IMG/VR virus record: IMGVR_UViG_3300012952_003952
Location: 1 to 64,000 of that record
Reading direction: 5' to 3' (one strand)
DNA length: 64,000 bases
DNA from: a virus
Lineage: Duplodnaviria; Caudoviricetes
The notes below the pieces were generated by a model that was given only the letters and a program-made list of their open reading frames with translations, did no database searches and had not been told where the DNA came from. Below are positions 1 to 7,759 of the stretch, in pieces (the stretch's first letter is position 1; every line of letters starts with the position of its first letter). The translations under genes were made by a program, and so were the position numbers.

Positions 1-36
1 CCAGAAGAACCAGAAGAACCAGAAGAACCAGAACCG
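1..36 (+). repeat. CCAGAAGAA x3 plus CCAGAACCG, an in-frame Pro-Glu linker
   Basis: Read directly; truncated by the window edge. Confidence 0.9.
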
Positions 37-771
37 CAGTCTCCAGTTGCTGTTTGTGGAGTAGACCCTAACCCGGTTTCTCCACCGTTTGAATCAGCCA
101 CTTGGATAGGAAATAGCTCTTACGACCCCGATGGTTTGGCTATCGTCGACTATTCTTGGGAACTTGTATCTGCTCCAGAAGGATCTACAGCAGAAATGCC
201 ATTTGGTACTGCTAATCGATATCCGTTTACACCCGTATTAGCAGGAACCTACATTGCAGAATTAGTTGTGACCAACGAAGAAGGTTTATCATCAGATCCT
301 TGCGAAACGACTCTTGAAGCAGTGCCAACAGAAAGTTTTTGGGTTGAAATGTTTTGGGAGCAATCTCAAGATGATATGGACTTACATCTTTTAGCTGCTG
401 GTGGGTCTCTTGAAACAAGAAATGATTGCTATTATTCTAACTGCACTCCAGCTGCACAGATATTTTTTCCAATGGATTGGGGTAGCACAGGATACACAGG
501 CGATAACCCAACTCTAGATTTAGATGACATTCCAGGCACTGGTCCGGAAAACATAAACATAGATACCCCACAACCCGGAGCAGTGTACACGGTAGTTGTA
601 CACGATTATACGGGTTCAACACCAGACGTGTATGAAGAGAATAATGTAACAGTAAACATCTATCTAGATGGAAGCTTGTCTTGGACTGACACTCGCCCTA
701 TAGCAGGAGATGGCTCTTACACTTATTTCGCTCAGGTTGATTGGACGGCAGGTACAATAACAGATTTATAG
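1..771 (+). CDS. 5'-truncated secreted/lipoprotein-like protein: PEE repeats, PKD-like domain and YfaP/DUF2135-like domain
   Basis: Frame is open from base 1 (PEEPEEPEEPEPQSPVAVCG...SYDPDGLAIVDYSWELVSAP). C-terminal motifs DMDLHL, DCYYSNC and DLDDIPGTGPENINI. Confidence 0.6.
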   Translation, partial: PEEPEEPEEPEPQSPVAVCGVDPNPVSPPFESATWIGNSSYDPDGLAIVDYSWELVSAPEGSTAEMPFGTANRYPFTPVLAGTYIAELVVTNEEGLSSDPCETTLEAVPTESFWVEMFWEQSQDDMDLHLLAAGGSLETRNDCYYSNCTPAAQIFFPMDWGSTGYTGDNPTLDLDDIPGTGPENINIDTPQPGAVYTVVVHDYTGSTPDVYEENNVTVNIYLDGSLSWTDTRPIAGDGSYTYFAQVDWTAGTITDL

Positions 772-784
772 AATTGGAGCAACA

Positions 785-1021
785 ATGGTTTTTATTTTCA
801 CGTTCTTTTTAGTTGCAGCTCTTGAACCAGCTGCTAGAAACGATAATCCAGAACCACCTCCGGCCGAAGAAATCGAAACTCCTAAAGAACCTGAAGTTTG
901 TGTTGGTTGTGACGACGAAGAAAAAAAAGAAGAGCCGCCTCCACCAATTACCGTTGAAATAAGGATAGACCCTGTTACTGGAAAAACTCAGTACATAATC
1001 AAGGGCATAGTACTAGAATAA
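785..1021 (+). CDS. Small secreted Pro/Glu-rich hypothetical protein
   Basis: 78-aa ORF with hydrophobic N-terminus; GGAG upstream. Confidence 0.6.
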   Translation: MVFIFTFFLVAALEPAARNDNPEPPPAEEIETPKEPEVCVGCDDEEKKEEPPPPITVEIRIDPVTGKTQYIIKGIVLE

Positions 1022-1022
1022 T

Positions 1023-1100
1023 ATGAAAACTATAGACTACATAGAGATATTCTCTTTAATCGCAGCTGGAATGCTGATAGGCAAAGTATTTATTGGGTGA
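1023..1100 (+). CDS. Putative 25-aa membrane peptide (MKTIDYIEIFSLIAAGMLIGKVFIG)
   Basis: ATG 2 nt after the previous stop; hydrophobic. Confidence 0.35.
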   Translation: MKTIDYIEIFSLIAAGMLIGKVFIG

Positions 1101-1719
1101 CCGGAGATATTTGAATAATATCATCTTCGACTTTAACTCTAATATTGTCTTTTCTTTCTCGTGCTGCGGACGTAATCTCCGCTATGGTGGGATACCCTCG
1201 AGTTCCCATCGTTCTTGCATCGTCTATAAGAATAACATGGAGTAACTCACGCGGGTCTTCGTTGTAGCTGGAAGGATGATCCAATATCATAATCAACTCT
1301 TCCATTGCAGTACAGTCTTGTTCTTCTAGTTTTGAAGTTATTCCGCCAGAATAATGAGCATCCAACCAGAAAACGGCTGGACGTTTAGGTTCTAAGAGAA
1401 AATCTAAAAAAGAAGGAAGAACATCCACGCTGTTACCGTGAACTAAGTTTGTTTTTGCCGGCGGAACACCTCTTATTCTCTTAAACCTATCTTGTCTTTC
1501 TACCCTTGTTTTAGCTATAGCCAAACACTCTTCGGAAAGCTCAACGCTCATGATTTCTTCAAAGCAGCGAATCAGTTTTTCGACCATAGCTCCGTGGTAA
1601 GTTCCGGTCTCTACCATGACTTTAGCATCGATTAAATCTCGATAGTATATCATTATTCCCTTAACTACGTTTCCTCTTGAGCGCATAGTCTCTGGTCTAG
1701 AAAATTTATCAGCAGTCAT
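1090..1719 (-). CDS. Class I SAM-dependent methyltransferase-like protein
   Basis: Motifs VETGTYHG, SVELSE, GNSVDVL, FWLDAHYSGG and ILIDDAR. Confidence 0.7.
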   Translation of the reverse strand: MTADKFSRPETMRSRGNVVKGIMIYYRDLIDAKVMVETGTYHGAMVEKLIRCFEEIMSVELSEECLAIAKTRVERQDRFKRIRGVPPAKTNLVHGNSVDVLPSFLDFLLEPKRPAVFWLDAHYSGGITSKLEEQDCTAMEELIMILDHPSSYNEDPRELLHVILIDDARTMGTRGYPTIAEITSAARERKDNIRVKVEDDIIQISPVTQ

Positions 1720-1839
1720 CTTAGTCTCCAGTAACTAAGTATTCACCTGAACCCAGATCTTGAACGAAATTCAAGCCACATTCGAGTGCAACACAAACTA
1801 GAAACTATAGGAGTAACACGCACATCCACAACACTCGCA

Positions 1840-2144
1840 TACAGTACAGCGTATAAGCCTACAGCTAAGACACGCGTTGACCCTGATCACCCTGTCTCTG
1901 TGTACTCAGTATGTCTACCTTTCCCAGTCCTTCAAAATACCCTCAGCTCCGTCGATTGAGGTCAAAATGTATATGGCTGACAGAATAATTGGTGCCCTTA
2001 GCCCAGCGGTCGCAAGAGTGGAAACGGATTTTCTTGTATCGTCGGGGCAAAACCGTGTGAAATCTAGAAGTGCTCTGCCTTAGCTCCCCTACGCGTATGG
2101 GATGCCTCACTACGCCTCTATCGTTACCCTGCTGTATTACTGTA
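1840..2144 (-). ncRNA. Candidate ~305-nt structured non-coding RNA
   Basis: Terminal inverted repeat 1840-1850/2131-2144, inner pairings 1863-1869/2079-2085 and 1877-1882/1960-1965, an upstream minus-strand promoter, and no ORF with an RBS. Confidence 0.35.
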
Positions 2145-2178
2145 ACCAATTAATGTATCATTATAATATTATTATTTA

Positions 2179-2208
2179 ATTATAACAAATAGCCCAAGAT
2201 TGTATCAA
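2179..2208 (-). promoter_or_regulatory. Sigma70-type promoter (TTGATA, 18 bp, TATAAT with extended TG)
   Basis: Minus strand reads TTGATA caatcttgggctatttgt TATAAT. Confidence 0.6.
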
Positions 2209-2229
2209 GTAAAAAGTATCATCAGCTTC

Positions 2230-2528
2230 GCTGAGATTTAGTTTCACGTGATCTACTCGCGTTTTTTTATTGTACATTCTCCCCGAGCATTTTAGATTTT
2301 AATAGGAGGAAAATTTATTTGATGTCCACTCAAAAATATATCTTAACGGCTCAAGAGACTATCGAGGGCAAAATTAACGACGCTCAAAGCCAACTCGCTC
2401 AGGCGATCAGGAGTGACGACTCCAGCATGATTCGCCATTGGGAAGCTTACATTCGTATGGCAGAGCTGCACTTGAAAGATTTAGCCGGTGTCCCTGGCCA
2501 GAGCTGAGATTAAATTTAGCGTGATCTA
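2230..2528 (+). repeat. Two copies of a 26-bp motif (2230-2255 and 2503-2528) upstream of consecutive genes
   Basis: gctgagatttagtttcacgtgatcta vs gctgagattaaatttagcgtgatcta: 22/26 identical, with an AGAT...ATCT dyad. Confidence 0.7.
2322..2507 (+). CDS. Small helical hypothetical protein
   Basis: AGGAGG upstream; 61 aa. Confidence 0.7.
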   Translation: MSTQKYILTAQETIEGKINDAQSQLAQAIRSDDSSMIRHWEAYIRMAELHLKDLAGVPGQS

Positions 2529-2624
2529 AAGAAAAAAAAGCATGAACACCTGGGCCTCGGGTTATATTATTCTAACAGGTTGCAGGGAATGCAGCCAATT
2601 GCTTTCAAATACAGGAGAAAAAGC

Positions 2625-2852
2625 ATGTCTTACACTAACTCAAAGTCCACCAAGCGTTTCAGCTTTGGTATCAGCCGTAACCAGACCGCCAAGCAGGCCG
2701 GTTCCAATATCGTCACTATCGCTACTCTTCCAGCCGAAGACAGCCAGTACAGCGTTGGCCAGACCGCTCTCACCATGACGGTTCGCGAAGCACGCGCTCT
2801 TCAGAGCTTCCTTAACTCGGAGCTTGTAGACGAGTCCGACGTTTCTGTCTGA
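2625..2852 (+). CDS. Small hypothetical protein (MSYTNSKSTKRF...)
   Basis: AGGAG RBS before the ATG at 2625; followed by a terminator. Confidence 0.75.
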   Translation: MSYTNSKSTKRFSFGISRNQTAKQAGSNIVTIATLPAEDSQYSVGQTALTMTVREARALQSFLNSELVDESDVSV

Positions 2853-2871
2853 TTTGACTTGAGAATAGATT

Positions 2872-2915
2872 GGGCGGGTCTTGAACGGGAATGTCAGGAT
2901 CCGCCCTTTTATTTT
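2872..2915 (+). terminator. Intrinsic terminator
   Basis: GGGCGGGTCTTGA pairs with TCAGGATCCGCCC, followed by TTTTATTTT. Confidence 0.75.
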
Positions 2916-2931
2916 GAAAAAAACATTTTGA

Positions 2932-2977
2932 TTCTGTAAAAAAGTGTGCTACTTGTGGTATAATACTACTATAAGGT
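2932..2977 (+). promoter_or_regulatory. Conserved 46-bp promoter element, copy 1
   Basis: TTCTGTAAAA-N7-CTAYTTRTGGTATAATANTACTATAAGGT, containing the extended -10 TGnTATAAT. Confidence 0.8.
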
Positions 2978-3008
2978 AAAGGAACAACACACTAACTTGG
3001 AGTCTTAA

Positions 3009-3734
3009 ATGGCCCGTCGCCCGAAGCGAATTAATCTGGAAGCGATCTCCGACACCACTCACAAAGATCACAAGAAGCACGTCATGTCTCTTGTTGAAGA
3101 CTTGCTCCGGAAGCATCCACGCGGACCTGAGTGCAAGCTAACTGCAGAAGATTATCTTCACTGCTGGTCTGGTCATCCCCGGTTGACGGTCGATGATAAT
3201 AATTTGTCGGTGTCTTGCGGCTATGATGACTTGACCCTCTTCCGATTCTGCACTTCTCTTAATATCGACGGAAGTGAATGGGATTTCAAATATAAGATCA
3301 TGGAATGGTATCCAGGTCTTGGAAAGAACGGTGTTACTCGTCGTTCACGGCGTCTTGCAAGCCGGATTGAAAGATCCTATAGGCGAATTATGCGGGCTGG
3401 TCGACCTGGAATCTATCGGGTTGCCTGGGAGGGTCGAAATTCTTACGGTACCGCTGGTAACAAGACTTTCGTCTACGCAGAAAATGCAGACATGGCGAAG
3501 ATGATTGCAAAGACTTCGGTCGGTTCATCTTATCCAAACCTCGAACCTGAAGCTTACTTTGAGGGTGAGGGATGTCCTTCAACTCTAATGGGTAAGAACA
3601 ACTCTACAGTCGCTGAAATCAAGCGAAAGAAAGAGCAGCTGGAAATGAATATTAAAGAAGCTCAAAAAGAGATTGAGCTCCTTGAACTCCGAGCTGCAAT
3701 GATCCAAACTTACTCTATCACAGCGGTGGGATAA
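3009..3734 (+). CDS. Hypothetical protein with C-terminal coiled coil
   Basis: 241-aa ORF with GGAG RBS, downstream of promoter copy 1. Confidence 0.8.
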   Translation: MARRPKRINLEAISDTTHKDHKKHVMSLVEDLLRKHPRGPECKLTAEDYLHCWSGHPRLTVDDNNLSVSCGYDDLTLFRFCTSLNIDGSEWDFKYKIMEWYPGLGKNGVTRRSRRLASRIERSYRRIMRAGRPGIYRVAWEGRNSYGTAGNKTFVYAENADMAKMIAKTSVGSSYPNLEPEAYFEGEGCPSTLMGKNNSTVAEIKRKKEQLEMNIKEAQKEIELLELRAAMIQTYSITAVG

Positions 3735-4030
3735 TGAGTGTAGAACTCTGTAAAACCTTAGCGGCTACTATGTCTGACAGCGAACTCGCTCGTGGATGGC
3801 GCATCTTGTATGAAGAGCACCAGAAGCGCGGTGAAAGGATTGCTGTACAAAATAAAAGTACTTTGCGAGTCGGCGATCATGTCGAGTGGCTGAGTCAAAG
3901 TAAAGTCATGACCGGTCGAATTGACCGAGTCAAGCGGAAGAAGGCATTGGTCTGGGAAGACCTTAATGGCAAGCCAGATAAATCTAGCCGGTGGGATATT
4001 CCGCTTGGTATGTTGACTAAGATTTCCTGA
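3734..4030 (+). CDS. Hypothetical protein with possible SH3/KOW-like barrel
   Basis: TAATG overlap; pattern LRVGDHVEW...MTGRIDRVKRKKALV. Confidence 0.7.
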   Translation: MSVELCKTLAATMSDSELARGWRILYEEHQKRGERIAVQNKSTLRVGDHVEWLSQSKVMTGRIDRVKRKKALVWEDLNGKPDKSSRWDIPLGMLTKIS

Positions 4031-4040
4031 GGAGGAAAAA

Positions 4041-4184
4041 ATGAGTAAGAGCTCTAATATTCACTACAACGACCAAATTCGAGACATGACTATCGCCATG
4101 TTTATGGAAGGCAAGAATCATGAAGAGATCGAAAGGGCTATTTTTCGAAAGGTTCGCAACTACCGCAGAAAGGGAGACAAGTAA
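4041..4184 (+). CDS. 47-aa hypothetical protein (MSKSSNIHYNDQ...)
   Basis: GAGGAGG RBS; its TAA overlaps the next ATG. Not in the supplied track. Confidence 0.65.
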   Translation: MSKSSNIHYNDQIRDMTIAMFMEGKNHEEIERAIFRKVRNYRRKGDK

Positions 4185-4369
4185 TGTATATTTGGAAACT
4201 TAAGATCGAATATGCTGATGGCAATATTAAAACCGATTGGATTTGTATGAACGACGGAGAAACAATTAAGGAAGCCCAGTCCCGTGTCGACTCGATGGTC
4301 GACAATCTTGAAGCTAACACGAAGGTCTCTTCACTTTACGTCCAAAGGCGCACAGTACCAACAATTTAA
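4184..4369 (+). CDS. Small hypothetical protein
   Basis: TAATG coupling; 61 aa. Confidence 0.65.
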   Translation: MYIWKLKIEYADGNIKTDWICMNDGETIKEAQSRVDSMVDNLEANTKVSSLYVQRRTVPTI

Positions 4370-4397
4370 TTGCATTTTATTCAAAATACTTTGTTAG

Positions 4398-4443
4398 TTC
4401 TGTAAAAAAGACACCTATTTATGGTATAATATTACTATAAGGT
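4398..4443 (+). promoter_or_regulatory. Conserved 46-bp promoter element, copy 2
   Basis: Same consensus and length as copy 1. Confidence 0.8.
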
Positions 4444-4499
4444 GGAAGGAATAAGGACAACCCACCAATCGTTAACCCCAACTCCCCGGAGTCTCTCAC

Positions 4500-5582
4500 A
4501 TGGATATCAAAACTTTCAACACTATCGCTCCCTCTCTCCCGGCTCACATCGCCATCCTGATGCGCGGACCGACCGGTGTTGGTAAGTCTCACGTTGCTCG
4601 AGCTCTGGCAAAGAACCTAGACCTTCCTTACTTGGATGTCCGCGGTTCTACAATGGATGAATCGGATATGGGTATTCCCGATATGGTAAAGTCTGCTGAG
4701 ATCGGCGCTTATACCAAGATGGTACCTACCTGGTACCTCCGAGCTTGCCGGGAACCGGTTGTCCTGATGCTCGACGAACTTAACCGTTCGATGCCACAAG
4801 TTATGCAGAGCTTCTTCCAGATCGTCCTGGACCGTGAGCTTGGTAACCTGGAAGATGGTGCTGCACTTCGACTTCACCCAGAAACCCGCGTTATCGCGGC
4901 TGTCAACTGGGGTGCAGAGTATGATGTAAATGATATGGACCCGGCACTCCTTCGTCGGTTCTTCGTTGCTGACATTGCACCTACCTCTGAAGACTGGATT
5001 GAGTGGGCTAACACTGAAGGATTGGACGAGGTCCTGGTTGACTTCATCCGTCAGAACTCTGCACACTGGCGAGTTGATCCCTCTGCTGTAGAGCCTGGAA
5101 CAGTTACTCCGACTCCTGCATCTTGGCACCGGTTGGATTCCTCTCTGTCTCACATGGATTGGGCTCCTTCGAAGTTCGCCGGTAAGGATACCCCTAACGG
5201 ATTCTACGCAACGGTCCTCGGATTCGTTGGAGTTGAGGCTGCAATCGCCTTTAAGTCCTTCGTCAAGGATTACGAACGACAGATCTCTGCAGAAGATATC
5301 GTTGAAGGTCGTATCGACAGTGCGGAGTTCATGGATCTCCCAGCCGGTACTAAGAACTCGGTGATTGATAAGGTTTCTGACCACTGTAAGAATAACGAAT
5401 GGTCCATGGACCAGGCTAAGAACGTTGCTAAGTTCGGCCTCAACATCGGTGGAGAGAACATGGTTCAACTCTGGAACAAGATCTCCGGTACTTCTTCTCT
5501 CCCTAACATCCAGAAGCTCCACAAGCTGATGGGTGCAGAGGTAGTCAAGGTGGTTCAAGCATCTCGTAACCTCGACAAGTAA
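4500..5582 (+). CDS. MoxR-like AAA+ ATPase (AAA_5)
   Basis: Walker A GPTGVGKS, Walker B LMLDELNR, sensor AAVN, and arginine finger DPALLRRF. Confidence 0.9.
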   Translation: MDIKTFNTIAPSLPAHIAILMRGPTGVGKSHVARALAKNLDLPYLDVRGSTMDESDMGIPDMVKSAEIGAYTKMVPTWYLRACREPVVLMLDELNRSMPQVMQSFFQIVLDRELGNLEDGAALRLHPETRVIAAVNWGAEYDVNDMDPALLRRFFVADIAPTSEDWIEWANTEGLDEVLVDFIRQNSAHWRVDPSAVEPGTVTPTPASWHRLDSSLSHMDWAPSKFAGKDTPNGFYATVLGFVGVEAAIAFKSFVKDYERQISAEDIVEGRIDSAEFMDLPAGTKNSVIDKVSDHCKNNEWSMDQAKNVAKFGLNIGGENMVQLWNKISGTSSLPNIQKLHKLMGAEVVKVVQASRNLDK

Positions 5583-5690
5583 ATAGCTGCCCTGGGTAGA
5601 ACACTGTTCGCACTGATTAATCAGTCGTCTGGAGCCGAAAGGCTAGGTTCCCCACTGGCTACCTTGTAAAACCAATCAACGGAGTCCCAC

Positions 5691-5858
5691 ATGGTTTGGA
5701 CAGCACTCTTTAAAAATAACACAGCTTTAACATTTAGTACTCGTTATAACGATCTAAACGAAGCTAAGGAAACTGCAGAGCGCGAAGCAGTTATCAAGGG
5801 CACGTGGGTGATTGCAGTTATCAAGGGTAATTGCGAACAAAATGCGTACTTTATTTAA
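5691..5858 (+). CDS. 55-aa hypothetical protein (MVWTALFKNN...)
   Basis: GGAG RBS; open frame. Not in the supplied track. Confidence 0.55.
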   Translation: MVWTALFKNNTALTFSTRYNDLNEAKETAEREAVIKGTWVIAVIKGNCEQNAYFI

Positions 5859-5899
5859 ACAATCAACCCTGCAGAGTTAATATTTTATTATCAAGGTTC

Positions 5900-6028
5900 G
5901 CCTGGAGGGTTAGGAAGAATCGGCTCAAGCGCCTTCAATCGAGAGACAAGAGACGGGGTAAGCGCTGCCAAGAGCCAATCGCTCGCTGGGACCAAGTATA
6001 TAACGATTTTCTTCCTAACCTTTCAGGC
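5900..6028 (+). ncRNA. Candidate 129-nt structured RNA closed by a ~23-bp stem
   Basis: 5900-5922 pairs with 6004-6028 (two G-U pairs, 2-nt bulge); inner stems GCTC/GAGC and AGCGC/GCGCT. Confidence 0.45.
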
Positions 6029-6051
6029 ATTAACCAAAAAATATATGTTGA

Positions 6052-6097
6052 TTCTGTAAAATTCTCCACTATTTATGGTATAATAGTACTATAAGGT
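6052..6097 (+). promoter_or_regulatory. Conserved 46-bp promoter element, copy 3
   Basis: Same consensus and length as copies 1 and 2. Confidence 0.8.
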
Positions 6098-6110
6098 AAG
6101 GAGCTAATCA

Positions 6111-7487
6111 ATGGCAGTCAAAGCAAATACGGCAGAAACACCAACCGAAGAACGCTATTCCGCAACTGAAGCGGAAGCTGCTGCATTCGATATGGACCGA
6201 TACATGGTCCGCCTCATGTGGGATGAGCCGTTCTACGCCAAGGTTCTTCGCGGCATTAATAAAAAGCGCACCGAACAGATCCCTACGGCTGGTGTTGCAG
6301 TCGTCGATGGTCAAGTAACTTACTACTGGAACCCACGGTTCGTAGCCAGCCTGGAAAAGGATGAGGGTTCAGATAAGATTATTGGCCTCACGATTCATGA
6401 GTGCCTCCACCTCGCATACGATCACTGTACTGACCGTGCGCACAAAGACCACGCAAGGGTTTGGAACTACGCAACGGACCTGGCAATCAACTGTCAGATT
6501 CCGCTTGATAAGCTTCCTAGCTGTGGTATCTGGCCTGGCAAGGAGTTCGAGCCGGTTAAAGAAGAAATCCGTGAGAAGATCGGTGAAGAGCGCGCTGCTA
6601 AGTTTGACGCACTATCCCGTCTGATCGCTGACCTTGACCAACATCTCTCGGCTGAAGAGTACTTTACAATTCTAATGTCCGACAAGGATGCCCAAGAAGC
6701 TATCGAAGGAAATGAAGCTGGTCAACCTGGTGAAGGAATGGGAGAGGATGGATTCGGTTCAGGTATGCCGGGTTCCATGGATGACCACGGTGCTTGGGGT
6801 GATATGTCTGAAGAAGATCAGGCAGTTGCTAAGGCGCAGATTAAGCAAGCCATGGCTGAAGCAGCTAAGGACTGTGATCAAAAGGGTTCCTGGGGATCGG
6901 TCCCTGCAGAGACACGTGCAGAAATCCGTCGGATGATTGCCAATGATATCCCATGGCAGGCAGTACTGAAGAAGTTCGTTGGAATGAGCCGCCGTTCGGT
7001 TCGTCGGACTTCCTGGGGCAAGATTAATAAAAAGAATCCTATGCTGGTACCAGGCAGTAAGCGTTCAATGACCGCCTCAATCGCAGTCTACATTGACCAA
7101 TCAGGTTCGGTAGGTAACGATGAGTTGGAGATGCTGTTCGCTGAATTGGGTAGTCTGGCTAAGAAGACTGAGTTTACCACCTTCCACTTTGATACTTCTA
7201 TCGATGAGAAAAGCGAGACGGTATGGAAGAAGGGTCGCACTCCTCAAGCCCACCGTACCCGGTGCGGCGGAACCTGCTTCAACGCAGTAGTTAATCACGC
7301 CAACAAGAACAAGCATCGCTTCGATGGAATCCTCATCCTCACCGATGGTTACGCTCCTAAGCCAGACCCATGCAGAATGAAGGTGGGTTGGGTAATCACT
7401 CCGAGCGGTACTACCGAATCCTGGATGCAGGGTACCCGGAACTTCATTATCAAGATGAAGGAAGAGCGCAAATCAAGGGCGGCATAA
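6111..7487 (+). CDS. DUF2201-type putative metallopeptidase with C-terminal vWA-like domain
   Basis: HEXXH (IHECLH), WNYATDLAIN, MIDAS-like YIDQSGSV, GGGT-like GGTCF, and LTDGY. Confidence 0.85.
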   Translation: MAVKANTAETPTEERYSATEAEAAAFDMDRYMVRLMWDEPFYAKVLRGINKKRTEQIPTAGVAVVDGQVTYYWNPRFVASLEKDEGSDKIIGLTIHECLHLAYDHCTDRAHKDHARVWNYATDLAINCQIPLDKLPSCGIWPGKEFEPVKEEIREKIGEERAAKFDALSRLIADLDQHLSAEEYFTILMSDKDAQEAIEGNEAGQPGEGMGEDGFGSGMPGSMDDHGAWGDMSEEDQAVAKAQIKQAMAEAAKDCDQKGSWGSVPAETRAEIRRMIANDIPWQAVLKKFVGMSRRSVRRTSWGKINKKNPMLVPGSKRSMTASIAVYIDQSGSVGNDELEMLFAELGSLAKKTEFTTFHFDTSIDEKSETVWKKGRTPQAHRTRCGGTCFNAVVNHANKNKHRFDGILILTDGYAPKPDPCRMKVGWVITPSGTTESWMQGTRNFIIKMKEERKSRAA

Positions 7488-7564
7488 AATAGAAACTACT
7501 CCGTTAGCAGCATACTTATAACTGTCTATAATAGACGATACATCGCAGCTTTCGGAGGTATACC

Positions 7565-7741
7565 ATGCATATATATCAGGTAGGTCAGGTCTGGAGAAAC
7601 ACGTTGAGACCAGAACAGTGGTTCCTAGTAACAGATACGGAGGGTGAGCTCGTTCAGATAAGCGAAGCCAATAAGCAGTCCAAGTGGCTACACCATTCTC
7701 TGCTAGGAAACTGCTATGAACTCCTTAAGGAAGCGGAATAA
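7565..7741 (+). CDS. 58-aa hypothetical protein (MHIYQVGQVWRN...)
   Basis: GGAGG RBS; ATACTTA motif upstream. Confidence 0.6.
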   Translation: MHIYQVGQVWRNTLRPEQWFLVTDTEGELVQISEANKQSKWLHHSLLGNCYELLKEAE

Positions 7742-7759
7742 TATTCTGCTATCTGTATA

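Noticed and set aside
1840-2144. Call as RNase P RNA
   Set aside because: It has GGCTTAT before a closing stem but lacks GAGGAAAGTCC and a P4 partner, so it is kept only as an unclassified ncRNA candidate.
4617-5558. 313-aa antisense ORF
   Set aside because: It is a shadow of the AAA+ ATPase on the opposite strand, with no motifs.
5831-6094. 87-aa ORF from the track
   Set aside because: It has a TTG start without an RBS and runs through a structured element and the 46-bp promoter.
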